A stretch of 64,000 nucleotides of DNA from a bacterium (GTDB lineage Bacteria > Patescibacteriota > Dojkabacteria > SC72), in NCBI GenBank assembly GCA_021107795.1, contig JAIOSB010000021.1:5249-69248 (forward strand), in the 5' to 3' direction. The notes below the pieces were generated by a model. It was not told where the DNA came from and did no database searches. It worked only from the letters and a program-made list of their open reading frames with translations. Positions 29,328-38,913 of this stretch are shown piece after piece (position 1 is the stretch's first letter; each line of letters starts with the position of its first letter). Made by a program: the position numbers and the translations under genes.

Positions 29328-30031
29328 TGAGCAAAGGAAAACTCTACTTAATACCAACACCAATATCAGGAGAGGATTTCAATGCTGCAATATTGCCAAT
29401 GGATATAAAGATTGTGGGTAATCTCAAACACTTCATTGTAGAAACACCAAAGGTGGCTAGAGCATATCTTTCTAGTATTAAACTCAGTATCCCAATACAA
29501 GAGATAGAGATGGGGATATATGATGAGCACTCCAAAGAGGAGGAAATACAGGACCTAATTCAACCGTTAATGGTAGGTATTAATATAGGATTAATGACTG
29601 ATGCAGGGACTCCGTGTATAGCGGATCCTGGAGAAGAGATAGTGATGCTTTGTCAGAAGCTTGGGATAGAGATAATCCCTATGATTGGCCCATCTTCCAT
29701 ATTTCTTACACTGATGGCAAGTGGCTTATACGCAGAGAAGTTTACATTCAATGGCTACTTAGCGAGAAAATCAAACAAGAGGAAAAGAGATTTAAATAAA
29801 TTACTACATCGGATATATAAGGGTGAAGGGACTCAGATCTTTATAGAAGCTCCATATAGAAATGAGGGGATGTTTAAAGCTCTGCTCGAGCTACCAGAGG
29901 ACACAATTCTTTGTTTGGGAATTGAAGTTAACGGAGAGAATGAAAAAATTATTACACAGCCAATTAGTGTTTGGAAACAGCAGAGACCTGTCTTAAAGAA
30001 GGTCCCAGTAATATTTCTATTAGGAAAGTAA
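29327..30031 (+). CDS. RsmI-like tetrapyrrole-methylase-family rRNA 2'-O-methyltransferase
   Basis: LYLIPTPIS..., MTDAGTPCIADPG, GPSSIFLTLMASGL match RsmI/YraL. Confidence 0.65.
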   Translation: MSKGKLYLIPTPISGEDFNAAILPMDIKIVGNLKHFIVETPKVARAYLSSIKLSIPIQEIEMGIYDEHSKEEEIQDLIQPLMVGINIGLMTDAGTPCIADPGEEIVMLCQKLGIEIIPMIGPSSIFLTLMASGLYAEKFTFNGYLARKSNKRKRDLNKLLHRIYKGEGTQIFIEAPYRNEGMFKALLELPEDTILCLGIEVNGENEKIITQPISVWKQQRPVLKKVPVIFLLGK

Positions 30032-30055
30032 GGGGGGATATTAACAATTAATATT

Positions 30056-30673
30056 ATGAATATATTACATCACTTCCTTTCGTCTTGGAGTAAAGTGCGT
30101 TTATACTTTGTATTTATCTCAATAGTAGGACTGTTGTTAGGAGTGTATGCAATTGTTCTGATTAATTCTGCGACTGGTAGAGTCTCCTCCCCTCAAAATG
30201 CAACTTATGTTGCCAAAGTCAGTGAAGTGGTTGAGATAGGTTGTATGAAAGAAGAATATACCGAAAAGAATTGGATAATTATTCCTAAGATGAAGATATT
30301 TGAAGAAATCTTCGAAGGCGGTGAGGAAGCGCTGTCTAAAGGGGTTTATCATAAGTTTGCAGAGATGGGGAATCCAGAGAAAGTCGGAAATTTTCTTCTA
30401 ACCGCACATCGACAAGAATTTGGATTGACATTTGATAGTGTACGAAGAAGATCTCCTTTTTATAATATAGATTTGCTTGAAGTGAATGATAAGATTAAGA
30501 TTATTTGGAATCAAGTAGAGTATATATATGTAATCCAACGTATCTATACTGTAGAGCCCGAACAAACGGAAATAGAGGATCAAACAGATGATAGCAGACT
30601 AACTATGTACACATGTACTCTAGGAGGATCAGATGATGGACGTATTGTTGTTGAGGCTTTTCCTAAGTGGTAG
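30056..30673 (+). CDS. sortase family transpeptidase
   Basis: N-terminal TM; LLTAHRQ (His), LTMYTCTLGG (TLxTC Cys), later Arg. Confidence 0.7.
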   Translation: MNILHHFLSSWSKVRLYFVFISIVGLLLGVYAIVLINSATGRVSSPQNATYVAKVSEVVEIGCMKEEYTEKNWIIIPKMKIFEEIFEGGEEALSKGVYHKFAEMGNPEKVGNFLLTAHRQEFGLTFDSVRRRSPFYNIDLLEVNDKIKIIWNQVEYIYVIQRIYTVEPEQTEIEDQTDDSRLTMYTCTLGGSDDGRIVVEAFPKW

Positions 30674-32851
30674 TATAACTGATGTAGCAAATCCGAACAG
30701 GGAAAGTAGTATTAATATCTTAGCAGCATTTATATACCCAGTATGATTAATTCCCGTATCACTAAGTGTCTCTGGTGGTGGGTCTTCAGTTACACCAAGT
30801 ACAGTAGCATCATCATCTTCAGGAGTGTCAGGATTGTCTGAGAGGGAGGTTGTATTGTAAGTACCATTACCTTGTCCATCAAAACTTGCCGTACCTTGAC
30901 TGGTTACTACACCACTTTGTGAAGGGTCTGAGGCAATATTAACATAGAGGTAGATGGTAATGGAGCTTGTTCGTGAGATTGATCCTGTCCAATGTAGAGA
31001 GTCTCCATTCATAGTTAATGTCCCAGAGCTTGTGGAAGATGAGACAAAGGTAGTTCGTGAAGGGATATCAATATCAAAATCTATACTGTCTTCTTTGTCA
31101 CCAGAATTATCCATTACAATTGTGTATTGAATTCTATCTCCAACTTCGTGTGTATTAGGAGATCCAGTTTGGTCAACGGCAACATTTGTAATAGTGACAG
31201 CCGAGATTGGTTGATCATTTCTGGCTCCAATGGTAATACCGTCTCCAAAAAAGATGACATTATCCCCACTGTTTGGTCTACTAGCAGATTGCTCTGTCGT
31301 AGAGGAGTAGGTAGTAAGTGTTTCTATTGTCCAAATGGAATCATTGTCTCTATCCCTTCCACTATTATGCAGAGCTATAGATTCTTCATCACCAGTAGTA
31401 AGAGTCCCTGTAAGAACAGCTGTGGAATGATTGTTGAGTGCTCCCCCAGCTGGATGTTCTCCAGGGTCATCTCCATCGTTATCTCCATTAGAGTCTATTA
31501 TTATATCGTTACCATCATTGGAGGCTATTGAGTTGTAAATAACTGTATCGAGAATATTTCCTCTTAAAACATCTGTAGTATCATTGTAGACAGGTGTTGT
31601 GTAATCAATTGGACTTAGCAGGACAACCTCATCACCATCATCATTAAGGATACACCTATCACGTCCCCAGTAAATGGTTACTACATTATCACCCTCAAAA
31701 CTCCAGTCACTTTGTGGTCTTTCCAGGCCTACATTTAATATTACAAACCCTTGAGGTGGGACAAGTAATCCTGGGAAAATGAATACATGGTCGTGATAGT
31801 TGTAATCATATGTATCATGATTACCACCACTCGTAGCTGTTTTAAGGTCAGTAATTGCCCAATTTCCAATATAGATTGGCTCAGTAGTGGGATTGTAAAG
31901 CTCGATTTGTTCATCATCTTCATTTAACCAAGCATCTCCACCCGCCTGATTATATACAATCTCGTTAATAATTAATCCCGATTGTTGCTCATATAACGTA
32001 TTTGAACTTGGTCCAACACTTCCGTCATTAGACGCTCCAGGTGTAGCAGATCCGGCAGTGATGTCTAACCAACTTGAACTTGAATCCTGGTCAATACCAT
32101 TAGGGTCTAATGCTATCGAAGAATCATTGGCATTTGTCCCCGGTTCGTGTGCTCTTTCAGACGCTATATTAGTAAAGTCTGTACCACCGGGATATTCACT
32201 TGGGTCAATTGTACCGTTTCCGTCTGCATCAATGGCAATATTGTTATTACCACTAGAACCCATACCTCCGTAAGTAACAAAATCAACGACAGTTCCTCTT
32301 ATGTAGTTATTTGTATCATCGTAAATTGGGAGAATACCATCAATTGGTTCCAGTAGAACAATTTGTTCACCACCATTGCTTAATCCACCCGATGTTCGCC
32401 CCCAGTACAAGGTAGCAATGTAATCACCAGAAGCAAAATCAAAATGATAATCATTATTGAAATGTCCTTCACCGTTTGTGTGTGACCCAACGGAAACAAG
32501 AACATAGCCACCTGGCGGAACGATAAGAGGTGGTAATATATAGACCCCATCATGATAGAAAGAGGTTCCTCTTCCAGTGGTGGAGGTGTCAAGATCTGTT
32601 AATACCCAGTTAGTCATATTTATTTCGTTGCTTGATGGGTTGTATAATTCAATCCATTCATTAAGTGGTTCGGCACCAGAAGGATTTCCCATAATCTCAT
32701 TGATAACTATCGAGGTACTAGCAGCTTTTGCGGGTATTGGTTTACAAACCCCATAGAGAAAGGTAAATGATAAAACGGCCAGAATTAAAATTATTCTATT
32801 ATGAAGACAGTATATTATTGTCATTACCATATATAATAGTATTTTCGACAA
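30629..32851 (-). CDS. cell-surface protein with two lamin-tail domains (LTD) and C-terminal LSDTG sorting signal
   Basis: Two copies of INEI...EWIELYN/EQIELYN LTD motif; C-terminus ...ETLSDTG + hydrophobic stretch + RKS. Confidence 0.6.
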   Translation of the reverse strand: MSKILLYMVMTIIYCLHNRIILILAVLSFTFLYGVCKPIPAKAASTSIVINEIMGNPSGAEPLNEWIELYNPSSNEINMTNWVLTDLDTSTTGRGTSFYHDGVYILPPLIVPPGGYVLVSVGSHTNGEGHFNNDYHFDFASGDYIATLYWGRTSGGLSNGGEQIVLLEPIDGILPIYDDTNNYIRGTVVDFVTYGGMGSSGNNNIAIDADGNGTIDPSEYPGGTDFTNIASERAHEPGTNANDSSIALDPNGIDQDSSSSWLDITAGSATPGASNDGSVGPSSNTLYEQQSGLIINEIVYNQAGGDAWLNEDDEQIELYNPTTEPIYIGNWAITDLKTATSGGNHDTYDYNYHDHVFIFPGLLVPPQGFVILNVGLERPQSDWSFEGDNVVTIYWGRDRCILNDDGDEVVLLSPIDYTTPVYNDTTDVLRGNILDTVIYNSIASNDGNDIIIDSNGDNDGDDPGEHPAGGALNNHSTAVLTGTLTTGDEESIALHNSGRDRDNDSIWTIETLTTYSSTTEQSASRPNSGDNVIFFGDGITIGARNDQPISAVTITNVAVDQTGSPNTHEVGDRIQYTIVMDNSGDKEDSIDFDIDIPSRTTFVSSSTSSGTLTMNGDSLHWTGSISRTSSITIYLYVNIASDPSQSGVVTSQGTASFDGQGNGTYNTTSLSDNPDTPEDDDATVLGVTEDPPPETLSDTGINHTGYINAAKILILLSLFGFATSVILPLRKSLNNNTSII

Positions 32852-32972
32852 AGAGTCAAGTTATACACTTCAAAGCTTTTATCTTATAATGTTTTTTGTA
32901 AAATTCTGCTTGTTTTTATAATTTGTTTTTGTTATCTTTAATAGAGTATATAAAGTTAGAAAAATTGGGATT

Positions 32973-35900
32973 ATGTATAAAAACAAACTTGTCTTCATGT
33001 TTTTATTAATCACCTCTTTACTACTTACTAGCCCAATTTATGCGGTTGATCAAACTCAGGATAACCAAACACAATCTCAAAAACAAAGTTTTTTAAAAAA
33101 TTTGTACTGCACTTTTTTTTGGCACAAAGACTCCACTTGTATTAACTATCGTTTAAGTAATTTGTCTGCTGAGGATGGCTATCTAGACCAAGAGATTTAT
33201 TTAGAGAGTATCAAGACTGATACCGGAGTAACTGCTTTACAGATAAGTTTGCTCAAGGGAGAGAAAGGGGACGAGGGTGAAAAAGGAGATAAAGGAGAAC
33301 CGGGTGAGGATGGGCAAGAGGGATCAGCAGGGACCAGCTCGGGCTCCAACACAACAGATTATTCTGCCGGTACTGGTATTAGCATTAACTATGACACAAT
33401 TGCAGTTAAAGATAACTACTTATTAAATACAGGCGATATAGCTAATGGTAATTATACATTTCAAGGGACTTTAGATTTAAGTAACACTACTATCTCAAAT
33501 AGAAAACCCTTAACTTTTGAAGGTGATACTATTGATAATAATGAAACGATTTTTGAAATCGTTGACCCTACTGGAGACAGGACAATATCATTTCCCAATC
33601 AAACAGGAGAAGTGTCTCTCTTGGGACAAAGCGTGAGTACCTCAGAGATAGAGAATAATTCAGTAACTGGGTCAAAGATTGCTCTTGGATCAGATACACA
33701 TGGGGATTTAATGTATTATGATGGTAATAACTGGACCAGACTTATTCCAGGAACTTCTGGACAATACCTTAAAACAACTGGAGTGGGCAGTAATCCAGAA
33801 TGGGCAGATATAAGTGGTGGAGGAATCCTTATCTTTACCACTGTGGCTTTGGCTGAAGTAGCAAGTGCATTTGATAACGATATAGTCTATGTGGTAGAAA
33901 CAGAGACTTTTTATAAATACGAAGCAAGTGGTAGTTCTTACACCGATGACAATCAGTTTGCACTATCCACAGGAGATGGAGGAAATACTAGATGGATAGG
34001 TGTATCCGGACAATTTATAATAGGTAGTGTAAATATTAATAAAGCTTTAAACTTAGCTGCTGTAGACACAACTTCTGATTATGGAGCAACTGAAGAATGG
34101 TTATTTAATCAACTCCACGCAGATACAAGCTCCAGTGATTTGACTATTACCTTCCCAACGCCTGCTAATATGGTGAATTTTCCTGATGGAGCTTCTAGAT
34201 ACATAGTTAATACAGGAACGGGAAGACTATATCTTGATCCAAATGGCAACTCTATCGAAGGTGATACTTCTACTTGGGTAATAGCAAATGGTGGTTTTAT
34301 GGAATTTACTAAAATAGGTTCAAATATCGTAATCCTTACATCAGAATATGCATATATTAGCCAAGAACCAGATGATCTCAGCAATCTAGAAATCTGGTTG
34401 GATGCGGAGCTAGGAATAACTGAGAGTGGAGGAGCTGTCTCTCAATGGGTGTCACAAGATTCGAACTCGAGGACCTTCTCTCAAGCCACAGGAGGCAGTC
34501 AGCCGGTGTTTAACTCAAGTGATCTAAATGGTAGAGCAACTGTTGAAAATGATGCTGCTAAATATATGAGTGCAGGAAGTGGATTTAATATATTTAATAA
34601 TACTTCTGGACGAGGAATTTATGGAATAGCTTTAGTCTACACAACCAATACAGGTACAGACTATATAATCGGTAAAAGTCAAAACGGTCAAAGGGCATGG
34701 AGATTTGGGCAAAGAAACTCAATCATATATGAAGAAAAAGATGGTAATCCGTACTCGAGAGCAACTCAGGGAATCTCAACTAATCAATGGCAAGTAATGG
34801 AAATGGTTTGGAATCCGGGTGAAGGAGTCATGATCTATATCGATGGGGTTAAACAATCTACGGCTGGAACGGTTGCAACAACAATAGATATCGACTGTAC
34901 TTCCAATCTTCAAATATTCGACCTTCAAGAGGGAGGAGACTTTGATGGTAAAATCGCAGAGTTAATAATGTATTCTGATGTACCGACAGCTATTCAAAGA
35001 CAGAATCTAAGGAACTACCTATCTACCAAGTTTGCACTACAAGATATTGGAGAAAGCGCAACTGTTGAAGTTTCTGAACCTAATAGAATTGTTGTAGCTA
35101 AAGATGGGGGAGATTATACTGTTTTGGCTGATGCTCTTGCCTCTATCACAGATGCTACATCGACCAATAGGTATGTAGTTGTATTAGGACAAGGTGAATG
35201 GACAGAAGATATTACTATACCGGATTATGTATATATTTCTGGTAGAAGTACTGGATCGGTAATTAATGGACAAGTTACCTTTAATTCAGACAATTTCGCC
35301 AAGTTACAAAATATCAAAGTTAAAGACTCAGGAACGATTCCGATAGTGTTTGATGGTGATGGGAAATATTATATCGATAAAACAACGGTCGTAGGTATGT
35401 GGTTTGCTAGTGGAGAAGACAATAAAGCACTATTTGATGTCCAAGAAGGTAATATTACAATAAGTGATTCAAGCGCTATTTTTATAGGAACACACGATGC
35501 GGGATATGATCAGTCTACTATTTATTATGTACACGGTTCAGATGAAGTAAGTTTAAAATCTTTCTCAAATGTTCATGCACTAAGCACAGATGATTTAGGA
35601 GACGACATCACTTTGAGTACAAGTACAAATACTAACAGTAGCACTCTTATTGAAGTTAAAAATGGTTATTTTTCTACAGATTTTTCAGGAACAAATCATG
35701 CAAACGATGTTGTTGTATTTTATGGACTCGAAAATGCACATAATTTTCAGGTGTCTCTCAATCAGATAGATATCAATGTCTCAGGAACAACACATACCAA
35801 TTTTGATTTCTTCTCATCATTTATTTATCACGTAGCAACAGGAAATAGTACTGAAATTATACAAAACAATAATGATTACCATTTCACAAATGTAAATGAC

Positions 35901-36281
35901 TCGGATAAACATATAGGTATTGCAGAGCAAGATGGTGGAACTGCCGTTTTATCGATAACCGATGATGTATGGAAAATGGACACAAATGTATTTCCAGATA
36001 CTGGAGGTTCAGGTGTCGTTACTGATGGAGATCTTTACTATACTATAAAAAACGGATTTGGAGGTGTAAAACAGAATGGTGGGATTATTACAAGTGGTAA
36101 CGTAGACTTTAGTGAAGGGTCGTTGGAGATACCTAATAGTACAAATTTACCTGCTACTTGCAGTATAGGACAACTGTTCCATGATACTGATTCAGATGAT
36201 TGTATAGATACAGCTTCAGGTGATGGGGCGCTCTGTATTTGTAAATCGTCAAACTCTTGGACTTTGATATCAGATTTTTAA
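32973..36281 (+). CDS. giant secreted protein with collagen-like G-x-y repeat (tail-fibre/adhesin-like)
   Basis: 1102 aa; signal peptide; GEKGDEGEKGDKGEPGEDGQEG triplet repeat near residues 95-120; otherwise Thr/Ser/Gly/Asn-rich beta-type repeats. Confidence 0.45.
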   Translation: MYKNKLVFMFLLITSLLLTSPIYAVDQTQDNQTQSQKQSFLKNLYCTFFWHKDSTCINYRLSNLSAEDGYLDQEIYLESIKTDTGVTALQISLLKGEKGDEGEKGDKGEPGEDGQEGSAGTSSGSNTTDYSAGTGISINYDTIAVKDNYLLNTGDIANGNYTFQGTLDLSNTTISNRKPLTFEGDTIDNNETIFEIVDPTGDRTISFPNQTGEVSLLGQSVSTSEIENNSVTGSKIALGSDTHGDLMYYDGNNWTRLIPGTSGQYLKTTGVGSNPEWADISGGGILIFTTVALAEVASAFDNDIVYVVETETFYKYEASGSSYTDDNQFALSTGDGGNTRWIGVSGQFIIGSVNINKALNLAAVDTTSDYGATEEWLFNQLHADTSSSDLTITFPTPANMVNFPDGASRYIVNTGTGRLYLDPNGNSIEGDTSTWVIANGGFMEFTKIGSNIVILTSEYAYISQEPDDLSNLEIWLDAELGITESGGAVSQWVSQDSNSRTFSQATGGSQPVFNSSDLNGRATVENDAAKYMSAGSGFNIFNNTSGRGIYGIALVYTTNTGTDYIIGKSQNGQRAWRFGQRNSIIYEEKDGNPYSRATQGISTNQWQVMEMVWNPGEGVMIYIDGVKQSTAGTVATTIDIDCTSNLQIFDLQEGGDFDGKIAELIMYSDVPTAIQRQNLRNYLSTKFALQDIGESATVEVSEPNRIVVAKDGGDYTVLADALASITDATSTNRYVVVLGQGEWTEDITIPDYVYISGRSTGSVINGQVTFNSDNFAKLQNIKVKDSGTIPIVFDGDGKYYIDKTTVVGMWFASGEDNKALFDVQEGNITISDSSAIFIGTHDAGYDQSTIYYVHGSDEVSLKSFSNVHALSTDDLGDDITLSTSTNTNSSTLIEVKNGYFSTDFSGTNHANDVVVFYGLENAHNFQVSLNQIDINVSGTTHTNFDFFSSFIYHVATGNSTEIIQNNNDYHFTNVNDSDKHIGIAEQDGGTAVLSITDDVWKMDTNVFPDTGGSGVVTDGDLYYTIKNGFGGVKQNGGIITSGNVDFSEGSLEIPNSTNLPATCSIGQLFHDTDSDDCIDTASGDGALCICKSSNSWTLISDF

Positions 36282-36306
36282 TATTAGTTGATTAAACATT
36301 AATACT

Positions 36307-36717
36307 ATGAAAAACATAATGCATATAAAAGGTAAGCAATTTGCTACACGAAAGATATTATTATTTGGTGTATTAATAATTGTTATTGGATTGATATCAT
36401 TTACTTCCTATTATTATCACCAATATCAACAAATTAGAAATAATCCAGACATCATTACTGAGAAAGAATTGGAATCTATAACTACTAGTATCAATCGTTT
36501 TATGGACCTACCAGAGGACGAGACACCCACGCTAGCTACCATTACGGATAAGGAGGAGCTCAGTGATCAACAATTCTTCAAGAAAGCCGAGGTTGGCGAT
36601 AAGGTGTTGATTTACACTAAATCGCTTAAAGCAATTCTATATAGACCATCTAGCAAAAGAGTCATTGAATTTGCACCTTTGATTTTGGATATTCAAGATC
36701 AAGAAGACCAACTATAA
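36307..36717 (+). CDS. hypothetical membrane-anchored protein
   Basis: 136 aa, single N-terminal TM. Confidence 0.3.
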   Translation: MKNIMHIKGKQFATRKILLFGVLIIVIGLISFTSYYYHQYQQIRNNPDIITEKELESITTSINRFMDLPEDETPTLATITDKEELSDQQFFKKAEVGDKVLIYTKSLKAILYRPSSKRVIEFAPLILDIQDQEDQL

Positions 36718-36737
36718 TTCCAAAATGCTACATAGTC

Positions 36738-36814
36738 TGGTCGGGGAAACAGGACTCGAACCTGCGACCTCTGCTTCCCAAAAGCAGCGTTCTAGCCATC
36801 TGAACTATTCCCCG
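36738..36814 (-). tRNA. tRNA-Pro (anticodon UGG)
   Basis: rc gives CGGGGAA acceptor, anticodon stem CTGCT/AGCAG, loop TTTGGGA (UGG, G37), T-loop TTCGAGT, A73, CCA encoded. Confidence 0.85.
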
Positions 36815-36850
36815 ATGTCATGCTTAGCAATATTTTACCACAGATTATGA

Positions 36851-36882
36851 AAACAAAAAAGGGAGGAACTCCCCCCTTTTTT
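36851..36882. terminator. bidirectional intrinsic terminator (A-run, GGGAG-gaa-CTCCC, T-run) between convergent genes
   Basis: aaaacaaaaaaGGGAGgaaCTCCCcccttttttaag read directly. Confidence 0.55.
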
Positions 36883-36905
36883 AAGTTGTTTTTATGACAA
36901 AAATG

Positions 36906-37283
36906 TTAGATCTTAGCCATAAGTTTAAGAGCATATTCTGAAATTACAGGTAGGTCATATCTCTCACCATTTGAAACTTTGACCATTGCCATAATCATCA
37001 TTACGAAGATAACGATTCCATAGAAGAAAGAAGCGATACCAACGAGGACTCCTAAGACAGGAATAACAACAAGGACTGACAAAGCTATTGAGACTAATGC
37101 TGCAATCACGAATTGAGCACTCATATATCTTACAAACTTATCATCTTTTTCCGTGAGAAGGAGAATAAGGCCAACAATAGGTAGACATGCTAGTATTGCC
37201 ATTGTCTTATTCACTTCGTTAAATTTAATATCTTCTAAGGTGTAAACCTTTTCCGCACTCTTTGCAGTTGTTTCTTCTGCCAT
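36906..37283 (-). CDS. DUF4870-like small multi-TM membrane protein, divergent from lexA
   Basis: 125 aa; AILACLPIVGLILLLTEKDDKFVRYMSAQFVIAALVS... matches DUF4870 pattern. Confidence 0.45.
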   Translation of the reverse strand: MAEETTAKSAEKVYTLEDIKFNEVNKTMAILACLPIVGLILLLTEKDDKFVRYMSAQFVIAALVSIALSVLVVIPVLGVLVGIASFFYGIVIFVMMIMAMVKVSNGERYDLPVISEYALKLMAKI

Positions 37284-37341
37284 AACACTTGAGTAATAAT
37301 TTATATCTCAAAGTATATAACATCTTCACCCACATATACAA

Positions 37342-37409
37342 TAGTATACTACAAGCTGTTGCGGTATACATACGGTGTGGTATACTTAAATACTAAATTG
37401 ATAGTATAC
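37342..37409. promoter_or_regulatory. cluster of four GTATAC-core palindromic sites in the lexA / DUF4870 divergent intergenic region (candidate LexA operator)
   Basis: TAGTATACTA (37342-51, perfect palindrome), GTATAC at 37364-69, 37380-85, 37404-09; ends 4 bp before lexA GTG start. Confidence 0.4.
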
Positions 37410-37413
37410 CAAT

Positions 37414-38088
37414 GTGTCAAACAAATTAACAAAGAAGCAAGAAAGAGTTCTTGCATTAGTAAGGGATTGTTATCTAGAAAATGGATATGCTCCATCTCTT
37501 GGTGAACTTCAAAGTATGTTAGGATTTAACTCTAAAAGAGGGGTGGTTAACCATCTGGTAGCTTTAGAAAACAAAGGATTTATTATTCGTACTAGCGAAC
37601 CTAGAGGGATACAGATTGTTGAAGAGAGAGATGATAGAAATCTACAGTATGAGTATTTAATAGGTATACCTATATTCGGATATGCTAATGCTGGTACACC
37701 TTTAGTATCTGCTCAAGAAGAATCTTTGGGTATGTTGAGAGTTGATAGAAGTTTAATACGAAGAAAATCTCCTAGAGATTTGTTTGGTTTGATTGTAGAG
37801 GGTGATTCAATGAATCAAAGGGAGGTGGATGGGTTAAAGATTGAGGAAGGTAGGTACCTAATAGTCGATAAAGAGGCAGATATTGTAGAAGGGGATGTAG
37901 TAGTAGCTGTTATTGATAGTAGTGCTACTGTTAAGAATATAAGTCTCACTACAAAGGATATGGTAGTACTTTATCCTAATTCTGATAACCCTAAACATCA
38001 ACCAATGTACTTAGATGCTAGTAGTGATTTTTTGATTAATGGGAAGGTAGTAAAGGTGTTAAATAATCCTATGAAGACTACCTTATAA
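37414..38088 (+). CDS. lexA: LexA repressor (GTG start)
   Basis: N-terminal wHTH LTKKQERVLALVRDCYLENGYAPSLGELQSMLGF; C-terminal S24 peptidase VEGDSMNQ (Ser) and ATVKNI (Lys). Confidence 0.8.
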   Translation: MSNKLTKKQERVLALVRDCYLENGYAPSLGELQSMLGFNSKRGVVNHLVALENKGFIIRTSEPRGIQIVEERDDRNLQYEYLIGIPIFGYANAGTPLVSAQEESLGMLRVDRSLIRRKSPRDLFGLIVEGDSMNQREVDGLKIEEGRYLIVDKEADIVEGDVVVAVIDSSATVKNISLTTKDMVVLYPNSDNPKHQPMYLDASSDFLINGKVVKVLNNPMKTTL

Positions 38089-38761
38089 CTACACGATCTA
38101 CATAAGGAGAAATTATCTGCTTAATAGCTTCTAACTCTTCCTCTGCAAAGGAATTGCTTCTGTTCAATGAAGGGTCGATAGTCTTACCCTTTCTGAAGTT
38201 CTGTATGTAGTAGTTCTTACACCCCTTAATCATTTCTCCAATACCCTTAGCGTCCTCTATGACATGCAGACCTTTGACATATGTAGTTCTAAATTCATAA
38301 TCCTTTCCACTACCCATTATCATATCAATAGTAGACTTAATCGCTTTAGTATCTATACCATACTCTTTGAAATATTCTTGAGGATATTTAATATCCATTG
38401 CCCAATAGTCGACTATATCTAACCCTACTATCTCTTTAACAATATCATCCAACAATCCATTGGTGTCTAATTTGACCAAAAGACCTAAACTTTTAACTTT
38501 TCTAATGAAGGGGATTAAGTCGGGTTGTAGTGTAGGTTCTCCACCAGTTATCACTAGAGCATCGATTAAGCCTATACGTTTTTTGAGATAACTAAGGACT
38601 GTTGCCTCGGGGGTAATGAGAGCCTTCTTGCAAGGCTCTACTACTAATTCTGGATTATGACAGTACCCACATCTAAGATTGCATCCATATGTAAATATAA
38701 TAGACGCAATCTTACCAGGGTAATCCAGTAATGTATTCTTTTCAAAACCAGCTATCAACAT
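38078..38761 (-). CDS. nrdG: anaerobic ribonucleoside-triphosphate reductase activating protein
   Basis: 227 aa; GCNLRCGYCHNPE radical-SAM motif. Confidence 0.9.
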   Translation of the reverse strand: MLIAGFEKNTLLDYPGKIASIIFTYGCNLRCGYCHNPELVVEPCKKALITPEATVLSYLKKRIGLIDALVITGGEPTLQPDLIPFIRKVKSLGLLVKLDTNGLLDDIVKEIVGLDIVDYWAMDIKYPQEYFKEYGIDTKAIKSTIDMIMGSGKDYEFRTTYVKGLHVIEDAKGIGEMIKGCKNYYIQNFRKGKTIDPSLNRSNSFAEEELEAIKQIISPYVDRVVIR

Positions 38762-38763
38762 TT

Positions 38764-38886
38764 TTAACTAAAGGTTTTCCTATCATGGAATTCAGCAACT
38801 TTGCCGTTGTTCCACTGTCTGATAGGCCTGATATATCCAACGACTCTTGAGTAGACCTCACACCTTTGCCTCTGTACTTTTCTCAT
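38764..38886 (-). CDS. glycyl-radical domain of NrdD encoded as a separate 40-aa ORF, in frame with nrdD across an amber codon
   Basis: Hand translation MRKVQRQRCEVYSRVVGYIRPIRQWNNGKVAEFHDRKTFS contains the class III RNR glycyl-radical signature RVVGY; ATG at 38884-86. Confidence 0.6.
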   Translation of the reverse strand: MRKVQRQRCEVYSRVVGYIRPIRQWNNGKVAEFHDRKTFS

Positions 38887-38913
38887 ACTTTTGGACAGTA
38901 ATAATTTAAATAG

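Noticed and set aside
32973-36281. Collagen-like giant protein as part of a prophage tail module
   Set aside because: No other phage genes (terminase, capsid, tape measure) in the vicinity. Treated as cellular surface protein.
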